DNA from: Nitrospirota bacterium
GTDB lineage: Bacteria > Nitrospirota > 9FT-COMBO-42-15 > HDB-SIOI813
Direction: 5' to 3'
DNA: 64,000 bases
Assembly: GCA_020846775.1 (NCBI GenBank)
Contig: JADLDG010000023.1
Span: 139,298 to 203,297 of the forward strand
A program made the translations under genes and the position numbers. Under the pieces are notes generated by a model. It did no database searches, was not told the DNA's origin, and saw only the letters and a list, made by a program, of their open reading frames with translations. Position 1 is the stretch's first letter. Each line of letters opens with the position of its first letter. Positions 42,850 through 54,316 of the stretch are shown here, piece by piece.

Positions 42850-43887
42850 TTACCTGGTAGCTTCCGCCTGATTTAACTTACCTGTCAATATTTCTGCAAT
42901 CTGCACTGCATTTGTAGCAGCGCCTTTCCTGAGATTATCTGCAACTACCCATAGATTCAAACCGTTTGGAACAGACTCATCTTCTCGTATCCTTCCCACA
43001 AATACTTCGTCCCTGCCGGCAGAATCAACAGGCAGCGGATAGATATTCCTTTTAGGATCATCATATACAATAACACCTGACGCTTCAGACAGGATAGCCC
43101 TGGCCTCATTTGCGCTAATGTGTTCTTCTGTCTCGATATTGACGGACTCAGAATGACCTACATATACCGGGACCCTTACGGTTGTAGCAGTAATTCTTAT
43201 ACTGTCATCCTCAAATATCTTTCTGGTTTCATTGACCATTTTCATCTCTTCCTTTGTATAACCATTATCAAGAAACGAATCTATGTGGGGCAGACAATTA
43301 AATGCTATCTGATGTGGAAAGACCTCAGCCTTGATCTCCTGAAATGAGAGAAGAGACTTGGTTTGTTCGAAAAGCTCATCCATGGCCTCTTTCCCCTTTC
43401 CTGAAACCGATTGAAATGTAGTAACCACGATCCGCTTGATCCTTGCCTTATCATGCAAGGGTTTCAACGCAACGACCATCTGAATAGTCGAGCAATTGGG
43501 GTTCGCTATTATACCCTTATGCCTCATTACTGCCGCTGGATTGACCTCAGGGACAACCAATGGCACATCAGGATTCATCCTGAACGCAGAACTGTTATCA
43601 ATTACTACAACCCCTGCCCTGGCAGCAACAGGCGCGAATTGAAGGCTTATCTGTTCACCTGCAGAAAAGAGTGCTATATCAATATCATTAAATATATTTT
43701 CCTGAAGCAACTCAACAGTGAGTTCCCGGTTTAAAAAGGTCAGAGTCTCTCCTGCAGACCTTTCCGAGGCAAAGAGCCTCAATGTCCTGACAGGGAAATT
43801 GCGTTCTTCAAGCACTTGAATCATTTCTTTCCCGACAGCCCCGGTTGCACCGACCACAGCCACAGTATATTTGTCCTTCTTAATCAT
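42850..43887 (-). CDS. asd: Aspartate-semialdehyde dehydrogenase
   Basis: VAVVGATGAVG NAD motif and the catalytic NCST Cys region; 345 aa. Confidence 0.95.
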   Translation of the reverse strand: MIKKDKYTVAVVGATGAVGKEMIQVLEERNFPVRTLRLFASERSAGETLTFLNRELTVELLQENIFNDIDIALFSAGEQISLQFAPVAARAGVVVIDNSSAFRMNPDVPLVVPEVNPAAVMRHKGIIANPNCSTIQMVVALKPLHDKARIKRIVVTTFQSVSGKGKEAMDELFEQTKSLLSFQEIKAEVFPHQIAFNCLPHIDSFLDNGYTKEEMKMVNETRKIFEDDSIRITATTVRVPVYVGHSESVNIETEEHISANEARAILSEASGVIVYDDPKRNIYPLPVDSAGRDEVFVGRIREDESVPNGLNLWVVADNLRKGAATNAVQIAEILTGKLNQAEATR

Positions 43888-43904
43888 CTCTCCTCCACCC
43901 TAAC

Positions 43905-44031
43905 GGACGACTTCGTAAAAAGTCCATGTGCAAGACGCTCAAATCCTGAGGAATGAGGCGCACATTTTAGTACGCCGCAGTGACGAAGGATGCAGCGCAA
44001 CGCCGCAGATGGGCTTTTTACGAAGTCGTCC
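43905..44031. repeat. Second MITE-like element: an 18-bp perfect inverted repeat (GGACGACTTCGTAAAAAG / CTTTTTACGAAGTCGTCC) flanking a 91-nt core. It is related in sequence to the 38165-38325 element.
   Basis: The perfect inverted repeats lie at 43905-43922 and 44014-44031. The core shares ACGCTCAAA..CTSAGG and GTGCAAG strings with the first element. The right arm ends exactly at the stop codon of the upstream lipoprotein gene. Confidence 0.45.
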
Positions 44032-44466
44032 TCAATTCCCTGTTGTGAACATCCACACATACGGTACCCCGACAAGATAAGCACCTTCCCTTGACTGTCC
44101 CTGTTTGACAATGCACTGATAAAAGGTATTTACGCTTAAAGGGCTATATGGTCTGAATACAAGTACCGTATTTGAATCAAGCCACCTCAATGACCCGTCA
44201 ATCCTGACCCCCTGGGCCAATAAATCAAAGCCATTCTCGGTAGCAGGATCCATTGCCTCACTGAATCTAATGCTGATATCAGTATGTCTTGATATATTAA
44301 AGTCGCCAGATGAAGGGTAGGTAGAAACTATATACGGCCCATCATTATAAAGACCCGGATCAACCGTTGCGCAGCTTACTGAAAATAAAATCAGACAAGG
44401 TGATATAAGAAATAGTATCCTTAATATCAGACTCTTGTCAAATATAAACGAATTATTCAATCTCAT
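44032..44466 (-). CDS. Small Ig-like-domain lipoprotein
   Basis: 144 aa with a signal peptide and a candidate lipobox (FSVSC), then a beta-rich Ig-like (SbsA-type) domain. It is nested between leuB and asd, overlapping the leuB end by 14 nt. Confidence 0.5.
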   Translation of the reverse strand: MRLNNSFIFDKSLILRILFLISPCLILFSVSCATVDPGLYNDGPYIVSTYPSSGDFNISRHTDISIRFSEAMDPATENGFDLLAQGVRIDGSLRWLDSNTVLVFRPYSPLSVNTFYQCIVKQGQSREGAYLVGVPYVWMFTTGN

Positions 44467-45529
44467 TTAGAATAAGCTCCGTCATTTCTTCCGTACCCGC
44501 AGCCTTACTCCCCTGTGAGTAAATGTCAGGAGTCCTGAAACCTCTGTCCAGCACCTTCGTTACCGCATTATCAATAGTTGTAAATCCCTCATTGACCTTG
44601 AATGAATACTTGAACATCATCCCTGCAGAAAGTATTGTAGCAATCGGATTGGCCTTATCCTGTCCTGCAATATCGGGCGCGCTCCCATGTATCGGTTCAT
44701 ACATTGCGACCTTACCGCCAATACTTGCAGACGGAAGCATCCCGATCGAACCGGTCAGCATGGCAGCCTCATCACTTAGGATGTCGCCAAACATATTGGT
44801 AGTAAGTATTACGTCAAACTGTCTCGGGCTTCTGATCAGCTGCATAGAACAGTTGTCCACATACATATGCGACAATTCTACATCCTGATATTCCTTATGG
44901 ATATCTGTAACAATCCTTCTCCACAACTCGGATGACTCAAGAACATTAGCCTTATCTACAGAACAAACTTTCTTTCTGCGGTTCCTCGCAACTTCAAATG
45001 CAAGCCGTGCAATTCGTTCTATCTCCGGTGTCGTATAGACCTCTGTATTAATGCCCCTCTCTCCACAGTCAATCTTCTCAACTCCCCGCGGTTTTCCAAA
45101 ATATATGCCGCCAGTGAGCTCTCTTATTACCATTATATCTATTCCATCAATTATCTCTCGTTTCAGGGTTGAGGCATCTGCAAGCGCTGAGAATAATCTT
45201 ACCGGCCGCAGATTACCATATAATCCGAGCCGTTCCCTGAGACCAAGGAGTGCCCTTTCAGGGCGTATAGAATAATCAAGCCCCTCCCATTTCGGTCCGC
45301 CGACCGCACCTAACAACACAGCATCACTCTTCAGTGCAAGATTCAAGGCATCATCAGGCAGCGGAACACCAGCTTCATCTATTGCACTTCCACCTATAAG
45401 CGCCTCTTCAGTTTTAATATTAATATTAAATTTAGCCGCAACTTTATGAAGTACACGCAATGCCTGGGGTACTATCTCTTTCCCTATACCATCACCAGGA
45501 AACACAGCTACCTTATAAGTTTTGCCCAT
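44453..45529 (-). CDS. leuB: 3-isopropylmalate dehydrogenase
   Basis: The start was re-placed at [16 protein letters not shown] (ATG at 45527-45529) with a strong RBS (GGAAGGGAGAG). The ORF-track start at 45556 is a GTG. The NMFGDILSD motif is present. Confidence 0.95.
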   Translation of the reverse strand: MGKTYKVAVFPGDGIGKEIVPQALRVLHKVAAKFNINIKTEEALIGGSAIDEAGVPLPDDALNLALKSDAVLLGAVGGPKWEGLDYSIRPERALLGLRERLGLYGNLRPVRLFSALADASTLKREIIDGIDIMVIRELTGGIYFGKPRGVEKIDCGERGINTEVYTTPEIERIARLAFEVARNRRKKVCSVDKANVLESSELWRRIVTDIHKEYQDVELSHMYVDNCSMQLIRSPRQFDVILTTNMFGDILSDEAAMLTGSIGMLPSASIGGKVAMYEPIHGSAPDIAGQDKANPIATILSAGMMFKYSFKVNEGFTTIDNAVTKVLDRGFRTPDIYSQGSKAAGTEEMTELILNEIE

Positions 45530-45562
45530 ACTCTCCCTTCCGTCATTACGACTCACTCTTTA

Positions 45563-45626
45563 CTCATTGCTATCTTCTACTCATTGCTCATTGCTCATTG
45601 CTCATTGCTTCTTAATACTCATTACT
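45563..45626. repeat. Heptamer tandem repeat (CTCATTG)x4 (perfect, 45580-45607) with flanking degenerate copies, in the leuD-leuB spacer
   Basis: Four perfect head-to-tail copies plus degenerate copies at 45563-45569 and 45620-45626. In the mRNA sense this reads CAAUGAG repeated four times, between the leuD stop and the leuB RBS. Confidence 0.8.
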
Positions 45627-46182
45627 ATATTTTACCGCTTTTCCTTGCGTATGCAAAAATACCGCCTGCAGTTAATATTTCCTCTACATCACCAAGTGGA
45701 TTCAATTTATATGATTTTCCTGTTGTAAGATTCATTAACGCCGACTTCTTAACATCAATCTCAGCGATATCACCTGTTCGAAATTCCTTAAACAGGTGTT
45801 CGCCTGTCTCAAATGGAAGATAAAAACCACCATCAACCGAGTTTCTGTAAAATATCCGGGCGTAAGACTCCGCAACCACTGCCTCTACGCCTGCTATATT
45901 CAATGCTACAGGCGCATGCTCCCTGGATGAACCACAGCCGAAATTCTTTCCAGCAATTATGATATTATACTTGGACAGGCACTCTCCCTCATCAACAAAC
46001 CTTATATTCCCGGCCGGTAAACCTGCATGACCATCCGGTACACTCGAGAGTGCAAACCTCCCATACTGCTTCCTCTCTTCAGGGTCGCTGAGACTATAGA
46101 CCAGATGCTGCGCAGGAATAATCTGATCTGTGTCAATGTCGTTGCCAAGGACGTAGACCCTGCCTTTAATAATATCTTTCAT
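45625..46182 (-). CDS. leuD: 3-isopropylmalate dehydratase small subunit
   Basis: 185 aa; aconitase swivel domain, GKNFGCGSSREHA motif. Confidence 0.9.
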   Translation of the reverse strand: MKDIIKGRVYVLGNDIDTDQIIPAQHLVYSLSDPEERKQYGRFALSSVPDGHAGLPAGNIRFVDEGECLSKYNIIIAGKNFGCGSSREHAPVALNIAGVEAVVAESYARIFYRNSVDGGFYLPFETGEHLFKEFRTGDIAEIDVKKSALMNLTTGKSYKLNPLGDVEEILTAGGIFAYARKSGKI

Positions 46183-46206
46183 GTTACAATCTCCCCATCC
46201 CGGTTA

Positions 46207-47508
46207 TTATCTAATGAACTCCCTCGGGTCAGTGATAACTCCCCTTAATGCCGATGCTGCAACTGTCAGCGGAGATGCCAGATACACCTGTGACTGCTTA
46301 GACCCCATACGTCCCGGGAAATTCCTGTTAGTCGTAGAGATACATATCTCATCCCCTTTAGTCCTGCCAAAGGTATCAGACGGGCCGCCAAGACACGCTG
46401 CACAGGATGGACCTCCGGCAATTTGTGTCCCGGCTTTTTCAAGTATCGAGTATATACTCTCGCCATCAATCATCTCAACCTTCAGACGCTTCTCAACCTC
46501 AGTAGTTGCAGGTACAACAAATGTATCAACCTTGACACTGTTGCCACGCAGAATACTTGCGGCTGCCCTGAAGTCCTCCACTTTACCGCCAGTGCACGAA
46601 CCTATGTAACACCTGTCAATCCTGGTGCCCTTCACTTCCGATATAACCGCCTTGTTATCCGGAGAATGCGGTTTAGCAACAACAGGTTCGAGATCCTTGA
46701 GATTATACCTTTTTACAGATTCATATCTTGCGTCCTGATCACCGTAAACCGCTTCAATCTTTCCCTTATGCCTTTCAGACACAAATCGCAGGGTCTTCTC
46801 ATCCGGTGAAATAATCCCGTTCTTTCCCCCGGCCTCAATAGCCATATTACACAGTGTCATCCTCTCTTCAACGGACAGCGCTGATATGCCGTCTCCGGCA
46901 AACTCCATAGCCTTATATGTAGCGCCATCAACACCAATATCACCGATTATGTGGAGGATAAGATCCTTTGCCATCAGGTATTGAGGCATATCACCGTCGA
47001 AAACAAACTTCATTGTAGGAGGCACCTTGACCCACAACCTCCCTGTACCCATAATAAAGGCGGCATCCGTATTACCAATACCGGTTGCAAACTCACCAAA
47101 AGCCCCGGCAGTGCATGTATGCGAGTCAGTTCCGAAAAGCACTTCACCAGGTCTTGTGTGTCCTTCTTCTGCCAGGGCGACATGACAAACCCCTTTATAA
47201 TCAGGCGAACCGGCATCATAAAAAAACTTAATCCCCTGTTCAATGGCAAATGCTCGCAGTATATCTATATTTCTCCTTGCATAAGTATCCTGTGTAAAGA
47301 TATAGTGATCAGGGATAATAACCACCTTATCCCTGGCCCACACCTTTGCCGCTGCTCCAAATTCCTTTTTAAAGATCTCAATAGTACCCGGGCCGCAGAC
47401 ATCATGAGTCATAAGAAGATCAACATCTATCCAGACATTGTCTCCCGGAGATACAGCCTCTCTCTTTGCATGATTGGCTAATATCTTTTCTGTCAGTGTC
47501 ATTCCCAT
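46207..47508 (-). CDS. leuC: 3-isopropylmalate dehydratase large subunit
   Basis: 433 aa; aconitase-family Cys ligand regions (IGSCTGG and others). Confidence 0.95.
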   Translation of the reverse strand: MGMTLTEKILANHAKREAVSPGDNVWIDVDLLMTHDVCGPGTIEIFKKEFGAAAKVWARDKVVIIPDHYIFTQDTYARRNIDILRAFAIEQGIKFFYDAGSPDYKGVCHVALAEEGHTRPGEVLFGTDSHTCTAGAFGEFATGIGNTDAAFIMGTGRLWVKVPPTMKFVFDGDMPQYLMAKDLILHIIGDIGVDGATYKAMEFAGDGISALSVEERMTLCNMAIEAGGKNGIISPDEKTLRFVSERHKGKIEAVYGDQDARYESVKRYNLKDLEPVVAKPHSPDNKAVISEVKGTRIDRCYIGSCTGGKVEDFRAAASILRGNSVKVDTFVVPATTEVEKRLKVEMIDGESIYSILEKAGTQIAGGPSCAACLGGPSDTFGRTKGDEICISTTNRNFPGRMGSKQSQVYLASPLTVAASALRGVITDPREFIR

Positions 47509-47593
47509 ATTCTCATCCCTGTCCTGTAAGGGTGGCTGATTTTAATCCGTCAACTTAAAGTTCCGTAGTTCAGTCTGCCCCGCTATCGTCGCA

Positions 47594-49105
47594 TTATTTG
47601 CGTTTCTTATAAACAAGTCTGTTCAATGCATTCAAATATGCCTTAGCGCTCGCAACTATGATATCCGTATCAGCTCCCTGACCGACGACCGTCCTTCCGC
47701 CTTCTTCCACCCTCACAGTCACCTCTCCTAAAGCATCAGTGCCGCCGGTAATCGCCTTAACCTCATATGACAGCAGATGACTTGAAGTGTTCGTAATTGA
47801 CTTAATCGTCCTGTATGTTGCATCTACAGGTCCATCCCCTGTTGAAACTTCTCTTACATCCAACCCATCTATCTCAAGTGCAACAGTTGCTGAAGGAGTT
47901 TTGTCAAGACCGCTTTCAACATGAATATATTTTAGCACAAATTTCTCAGGGATACGGTAGACTTCTTCCGAGATAATTGCCTCTATATCCTCTTCAAAAA
48001 CTTCTTTTTTCTGATCTGCGACCTTCTTGAATCTGTCAAAGGCCTTGTTTACCTCCTCATCAGATAGATTATAGCCCAACTCCTCAAGTTTGTTCCTGAA
48101 TGCATGACTTCCTGAATGTTTTCCCAGCACAAGCTTGTGCATAGGTATCCCTACGGACTCCGGTGTCATTATTTCATATGTCCGTTTGTCTTTCAAAAGT
48201 CCATCCTGATGTATACCTGATTCATGGGCAAATGCATTTGCACCTACGATTGCCTTGTTTGGCTGAACGACCATTCCTGTAATACTGCTTACAAGCCTGC
48301 TCGTTTTATATATCTCCTGAGTATTTATGCCTGTATCAGCATCAAAATATTGCCCTCTTGTCTTAAATGCCATCACAACCTCTTCAAGTGAGGCATTCCC
48401 GGCCCTCTCTCCTATACCATTAATAGTGCATTCCACCTGACCGGCTCCTGACAGGACTGCAGATAGCGAATTGGCAACAGCAAGGCCAAGGTCATTATGA
48501 CAGTGGACGCTGATAACTGCCTTGTCAACATTGGGGACCCTGTTCATGATTCGTGATATCAGATCCCCAAACTCACCCGGCAGTGCATAACCGACTGTGT
48601 CAGGAATATTTACTGTTCCAGCCCCGGCATTTATTACGGACTCAATCATCAAACACAGGAAATCAACGTCGCTTCTTGATGCATCTTCTGCAGAAAATTC
48701 AACATCGTCTGTCAACTGTCTTGCAAGCCTTACTGCGGCAACGGCTGCTTCTAATACTCCTTCCCTGCTCATCCGGAGTTTTCTCTGCATATGTATCTCT
48801 GATGTAGCTATAAAGGTATGAATCCTGGATCTTTCGGCGACTGATACCGCTTCTCCAGCCCTCTCAATGTCTTCTTTCCTCGCCCTTGCAAGACCTGCAA
48901 TAACAGGTCCCCTGACCTCCTCTGCAATCAGCCTTACACCCTCAAAATCATCTTCGGATGCAACAGGGAAACCTGCCTCAATAATGTCAACATTCAACCT
49001 GGCAAGTTGACGGGCAACTGTCAGTTTTTCTTCCTTATTCATGCTGGCCCCGGGACACTGTTCTCCGTCCCTGAGAGTGGTGTCAAATATCAAAATCTTC
49101 CGCAA
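47594..49105 (-). CDS. leuA: 2-isopropylmalate synthase
   Basis: 503 aa; LRDGEQ and HxH (HCHNDLG) motifs plus a C-terminal LeuA dimerisation/regulatory domain. The first in-frame start is a TTG with a GGAGA RBS. Confidence 0.95.
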   Translation of the reverse strand: MRKILIFDTTLRDGEQCPGASMNKEEKLTVARQLARLNVDIIEAGFPVASEDDFEGVRLIAEEVRGPVIAGLARARKEDIERAGEAVSVAERSRIHTFIATSEIHMQRKLRMSREGVLEAAVAAVRLARQLTDDVEFSAEDASRSDVDFLCLMIESVINAGAGTVNIPDTVGYALPGEFGDLISRIMNRVPNVDKAVISVHCHNDLGLAVANSLSAVLSGAGQVECTINGIGERAGNASLEEVVMAFKTRGQYFDADTGINTQEIYKTSRLVSSITGMVVQPNKAIVGANAFAHESGIHQDGLLKDKRTYEIMTPESVGIPMHKLVLGKHSGSHAFRNKLEELGYNLSDEEVNKAFDRFKKVADQKKEVFEEDIEAIISEEVYRIPEKFVLKYIHVESGLDKTPSATVALEIDGLDVREVSTGDGPVDATYRTIKSITNTSSHLLSYEVKAITGGTDALGEVTVRVEEGGRTVVGQGADTDIIVASAKAYLNALNRLVYKKRK

Positions 49106-49228
49106 TATAATTCTCCTTACAGCAATTCATCCCGAACCATGTGCTGAAATCGTTTCAGGATTGTTTCGGGATCCCCTGACCCGTCATCGTTTGAGATCCT
49201 GAAATACATTCAGATATTTATGTATTTA
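49106..49228 (-). promoter_or_regulatory. Structured leuA leader with alternative pairings and a 29-codon uORF
   Basis: TTTCAGGAT (49157-49165) can pair with CTGAAA (49144-49149) or with ATCCTGAAA (49197-49205). A further CCCGAA/TTCGGG stem is present. A minus-strand uORF ([30 protein letters not shown]) stops immediately before the leuA RBS. Confidence 0.35.
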
Positions 49229-50002
49229 TTATCCCTTGTTAACTCCCGGTTCATGTGCCTTTCTTTTAAAGAGCCTGTTTACCGGAACGATCAATCTCTC
49301 AACCGGACCGGAAGACGCATACAGGACAAAAAGGACAAACAACATCAGCTGCGGCTTTGCAACTATTACAATAAGTATAAGTACTGCTGCGACAAGTGCG
49401 GAAAGCGGCTTTCTGTCAACAAGGTGAACATCCTTAAAACTCCTGAACTTGATGGTACTGACCATCAGATAAGCAAGGAGATAAGTGATTATCAGGACTA
49501 CTAAAGGCCTTACTTCCTTACCCATCTCCAGAATATGAATATCAAAGATTACAGTAGTTGCTATAAGACCGGCTGCTGCAGGGATAGGCAGTCCTGTAAA
49601 GAATTTTTTGTCTGATACCGCTGCCTGGACATTAAATCTGGCAAGCCTCATCGCGCCACATACTACAAAAAGAAATACTGCAAGCCAACCTATCTTTCCA
49701 TAATCATGCAATCCCCATCTATAAACAAGAAGACCCGGAGCTACACCAAAGGACACAAGGTCAGAAAGGGAATCAAATTCCACCCCGAAGCGGCTTGTGG
49801 AATTTGTTAGACGCGCAATCTTACCGTCAAAACCGTCAAACAGCATGGCAACGAGTATAGCTATGGCCGCTGTTACATAAGCGGTATTTAAATCTGAATT
49901 TAATACTGAGACAATGGCATAAAACCCGCAAAATAGATTTGCTGCAGTCAGTAAACTCGGTATTATATATACACCATTTCTCTTGTTTGATTCTTCTTTC
50001 AT
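49229..50002 (-). CDS. pssA: CDP-diacylglycerol--serine O-phosphatidyltransferase
   Basis: CDP-alcohol phosphatidyltransferase motif DGFDGKIAR...G...D; 257 aa; multi-TM. Confidence 0.85.
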   Translation of the reverse strand: MKEESNKRNGVYIIPSLLTAANLFCGFYAIVSVLNSDLNTAYVTAAIAILVAMLFDGFDGKIARLTNSTSRFGVEFDSLSDLVSFGVAPGLLVYRWGLHDYGKIGWLAVFLFVVCGAMRLARFNVQAAVSDKKFFTGLPIPAAAGLIATTVIFDIHILEMGKEVRPLVVLIITYLLAYLMVSTIKFRSFKDVHLVDRKPLSALVAAVLILIVIVAKPQLMLFVLFVLYASSGPVERLIVPVNRLFKRKAHEPGVNKG

Positions 50003-50023
50003 ATTGTTCTCCTGTCTTAAATA

Positions 50024-50668
50024 TTACTTCATTACCGCAAGGATGCTCTCTCCGGCCTTGACCCTATCTCCAAGTGATACTTTAACATCTGCCCGAACCG
50101 GCAGATATACATCCACCCTGGAACCAAACCGTATTAATCCGAACCGTTCTCCTTTTTTCACGTCCTGTCCTTTTTTTAACCAGCAGACAATCCTTCGGGC
50201 TATCAATCCTGCAATCTGTACAAAGATAATCTTGTCGCCTGTCCGTGTCTTTAGTACGACTGCATTTTGTTCATTCTCAAGAGAGGCCTTATCAAGGTTT
50301 GCTGATACAAACTTGCCGGGATTATAGACGATATCAACTACCTTCCCGGTAAATGGCAGACGATTAACATGAACATTAAAGACGTTCATGAATATGCTGA
50401 TCTTTAACATTTTCTTATTAAGAATCCTGTTCTCCTGCACCTCACTTATAATTATAATCTTTCCATCAGCAGGAGATATTACATTATTCTCACCTGGAGG
50501 TACAATGCGCTCAGGGTTTCGGAAAAACCATACTATAAACAGGGTAACTATAAAAAATAAGATGGCAGGTATTATAAGGTGCGTGAAATAGAATACTACT
50601 GTTATAATCCCTGCGATAATGACAAACGGGATCCCTTCAACCGCAATCGGGGCCCGCTCCCTCTTCAT
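50024..50668 (-). CDS. psd: Phosphatidylserine decarboxylase (short, archaeal-type proenzyme)
   Basis: 214 aa with the C-terminal FGSRVD/GS processing-site region typical of PSD. Confidence 0.85.
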   Translation of the reverse strand: MKRERAPIAVEGIPFVIIAGIITVVFYFTHLIIPAILFFIVTLFIVWFFRNPERIVPPGENNVISPADGKIIIISEVQENRILNKKMLKISIFMNVFNVHVNRLPFTGKVVDIVYNPGKFVSANLDKASLENEQNAVVLKTRTGDKIIFVQIAGLIARRIVCWLKKGQDVKKGERFGLIRFGSRVDVYLPVRADVKVSLGDRVKAGESILAVMK

Positions 50669-50687
50669 CTATACCTCCATGCCGGGA

Positions 50688-51713
<1,026 letters not shown>

Positions 51714-51739
51714 TTATAGTTGATTCTTTATTTCAGGAT

Positions 51740-52270
51740 TTACGCCCTTACCCGCTTTACTTCAAGAAGGGCAGGCACTTTAACATCTTCCCTTGCAATA
51801 GCTATTTTCCCCGTGCGTACTATCTCCTTTATCCCCAGAGGGCGAAGCAGATTTATTATTGCGTCAATTTTATTTTCATCACCTGTAATTTCTACCGTAT
51901 ATGTAACAGGGGTTGAATCAACTACCCTGGCCCTGAATATCTCAGTAATCCTCAGGGCCTCACTCCTGTCCTCAGCTCTTGTTGTGTGAATCTTGATGAG
52001 GGCCGTCTCTCTGACTATATAATCCTTATCAGCGAGGTCAACCACTTTGATGACATCCACAAGCTTATTTAACTGCTTTGTGATCTGCTCAATAATACGT
52101 TCATCACCCTTGGTAACAATTGTTATCTGTGATGTAGAGTGTTCAACGGATGCTCCTACAGAGAGGCTCTCTATATTAAATCCCCTGCCGCTGAAGAGTC
52201 CTGCCACCCGCGACAGTACACCAAACTTATTTTCAACGAGAATACTGATTATATGTTGTGAGACAGGCAT
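51740..52270 (-). CDS. ilvN: Acetolactate synthase small (regulatory) subunit
   Basis: 176 aa; ACT domain (ILVENKFGVLSRVAGLFSGRGFNIESL). Confidence 0.9.
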   Translation of the reverse strand: MPVSQHIISILVENKFGVLSRVAGLFSGRGFNIESLSVGASVEHSTSQITIVTKGDERIIEQITKQLNKLVDVIKVVDLADKDYIVRETALIKIHTTRAEDRSEALRITEIFRARVVDSTPVTYTVEITGDENKIDAIINLLRPLGIKEIVRTGKIAIAREDVKVPALLEVKRVRA

Positions 52271-52280
52271 TCGTTATCCT

Positions 52281-54050
52281 TTAAGCCGGAAGGACGGAGT
52301 TCTTCTTAACCTTCCTTGGTTTTGCATCTTTTCCAGGTTTTTCTTTTTCCTCAGGCCCGAGCATCATATCACAATTGCCTCCACCGGCAGGGACCATAGG
52401 GAACACATTCTCTTCAGGATCAACTACAAAATCCATAATTACAGGTTTTCTTATGCTAACCGCCTCCTTGATCACAGCTTCTACTTCAGATGATGTCACG
52501 GCCCTCAGGCCAACCGCCCCATAAGCCTCAGCAAGTTTAACAAAGTCGGGGGTATTGCCAAGGATACTGCCTGAGTAATGCCGGTTGAAGAAAAGCTCCT
52601 GCCATTGCCTTACCATCCCAAGCGACCCATTATTCAGTATAGCCACTTTGACAGGGAGATTATTTGCCACTGCAGTAGCCAGTTCCTGCGAGTTCATCTG
52701 AAAGCTTCCGTCACCGGCGAAATTAAATACGAGTTTATCCGGATAGGCTGCCTGAACACCCAATGCAGCAGGAAGACCAAACCCCATAGTCCCGAGTCCA
52801 CCAGATGAAAGGAATGTCCTCGGCTGGTCAAACTTAAAAAACTGGGCAACCCACATCTGATGCTGACCAACGTCTGTAGTCACTATTGCATCACCGCCTG
52901 TAAGTTCATAAATCTTCTCTATAACATACTGAGGCTTAATCTTTTTTGTATTCTTTTTATATGATAAAGGGTGTTCATCTTCCCAATCTCTTATCTGAGC
53001 ATGCCATGGTTTTCTGTCCGCAGTCCACTCTGCCTTCTGCCCTTCAAGCAGACTGAGTTCCTTATTCAGTTCAATAAGGACATTTCTTACATCTCCAACA
53101 ATCGGGATATCCACATGGATATTTTTCCGGATATTGGTCGGGTCTATATCTATATGGATAAATTTGGCCCTGGGTGCGAATTCCGTCACCTTGCCGGTGA
53201 CCCGGTCATCAAACCTGGCGCCGATGGCAATAACCAGATCAGACTCATGAATCGCCATATTGGCCGCGTATGTCCCGTGCATTCCCAGCATACCAAGAAA
53301 CAAGGGATGCGTCCCTGGAAAGCCGCCTAATCCCATTAGTGTCAGAGTGACCTCTATACCGTTAAACTCTGCAAATTCCTTCAGCTCTTTATGGGCATTA
53401 GACAGGATAACGCCTCCTCCTGCATAAATAACAGGCCTTTTTGACTTTGCAATAGCCTGAGCAGCCTGTTTTATCTGCCACTTGTTGCCATTATAAGTAG
53501 GGTTATAACTCCTGAGTAAAATCTTATCAGGATAATCAAATTCGGTCTTTGTAGATGAAACATCCTTGGGAATGTCAATAAGCACTGGACCTGGACGTCC
53601 CGTCCTTGCGAGATAAAAGGCCTCTTTAATAGTAAATGCAAGATCATTGACGTCTTTAACAAGGAAATTATATTTGGTACACGGTCTTGTGATACCGACA
53701 ATGTCAGCCTCCTGAAAGGCATCATTACCAATCATCTTTGTAGCGACCTGCCCTGTAATGACTACAAGAGGGATGGAATCCATGTGAGCTGTGGCGATAC
53801 CGGTAACAGTGTTTGTGGCACCCGGCCCTGATGTGACAAGTGCCACTCCACATTTGCCTGTTGCCCTGGCATAACCATCGGCCGCATGCGTAGCGCCCTG
53901 CTCATGACGTGTAAGTATGAATCTAATATCCTTCTCATTATAAAGGACATCGAATATCTGCAATACCACACCGCCAGGCATACCGAAGACAGTATCAACC
54001 CCCTCTTTTTTCAAAGACTCTATAAGTATTTCAGCGCCAGACAGCTTCAA
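52281..54050 (-). CDS. ilvB: Acetolactate synthase large subunit
   Basis: 589 aa; TPP-binding GDG motif ([12 protein letters not shown]). Confidence 0.95.
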   Translation of the reverse strand: MKLSGAEILIESLKKEGVDTVFGMPGGVVLQIFDVLYNEKDIRFILTRHEQGATHAADGYARATGKCGVALVTSGPGATNTVTGIATAHMDSIPLVVITGQVATKMIGNDAFQEADIVGITRPCTKYNFLVKDVNDLAFTIKEAFYLARTGRPGPVLIDIPKDVSSTKTEFDYPDKILLRSYNPTYNGNKWQIKQAAQAIAKSKRPVIYAGGGVILSNAHKELKEFAEFNGIEVTLTLMGLGGFPGTHPLFLGMLGMHGTYAANMAIHESDLVIAIGARFDDRVTGKVTEFAPRAKFIHIDIDPTNIRKNIHVDIPIVGDVRNVLIELNKELSLLEGQKAEWTADRKPWHAQIRDWEDEHPLSYKKNTKKIKPQYVIEKIYELTGGDAIVTTDVGQHQMWVAQFFKFDQPRTFLSSGGLGTMGFGLPAALGVQAAYPDKLVFNFAGDGSFQMNSQELATAVANNLPVKVAILNNGSLGMVRQWQELFFNRHYSGSILGNTPDFVKLAEAYGAVGLRAVTSSEVEAVIKEAVSIRKPVIMDFVVDPEENVFPMVPAGGGNCDMMLGPEEKEKPGKDAKPRKVKKNSVLPA

Positions 54051-54130
54051 TCTTTACTCCATTATAATACTAAAAAATGTTCTAAATATTAGCATGATTT
54101 GGTATTTGACGTCAATAAGCGGAAAATGCC

Positions 54131-54160
54131 TTGACTTATATCTTAAAGAAACTATATAAT
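54131..54160 (+). promoter_or_regulatory. Candidate sigma70 promoter for the tRNA (TTGACT, 18 nt spacer, TATAAT)
   Basis: TTGACT at 54131-54136 and TATAAT at 54155-54160 lie about 35 nt upstream of the tRNA 5' end. A palindromic TTGACGTCAA at 54106-54115 could serve as the -35 element for the divergent ilvB promoter. Confidence 0.4.
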
Positions 54161-54194
54161 GCACTTGCTTCTCAAATAGAGAAGCATTTTATAT

Positions 54195-54271
<77 letters not shown>

Positions 54272-54281
54272 AAATAATTAC

Positions 54282-54316
54282 AAAGGGTTGTGGTATTTAA
54301 CGCAACCCTTTTTTAT
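54282..54316 (+). terminator. Rho-independent terminator after the tRNA
   Basis: A 9-bp stem (AAAGGGTTG / CAACCCTTT) with a 12-nt loop is followed by a TTTTTT tract. Confidence 0.6.

Noticed and set aside
42257-42876. Plus-strand ORFs of 204 and 75 aa overlapping the cysteine desulfurase gene
   Set aside because: They are antisense to a conserved NifS/IscS gene, with no start context.
43884-44111. 75-aa minus-strand ORF between asd and the lipoprotein gene
   Set aside because: The frame runs straight through the 18-bp inverted repeats of the MITE-like element. It is better explained as a structured non-coding element.
46181-47481. Several plus-strand ORFs (142, 128, 176 aa) across leuC
   Set aside because: They are antisense to the aconitase-family leuC and have no supporting features.
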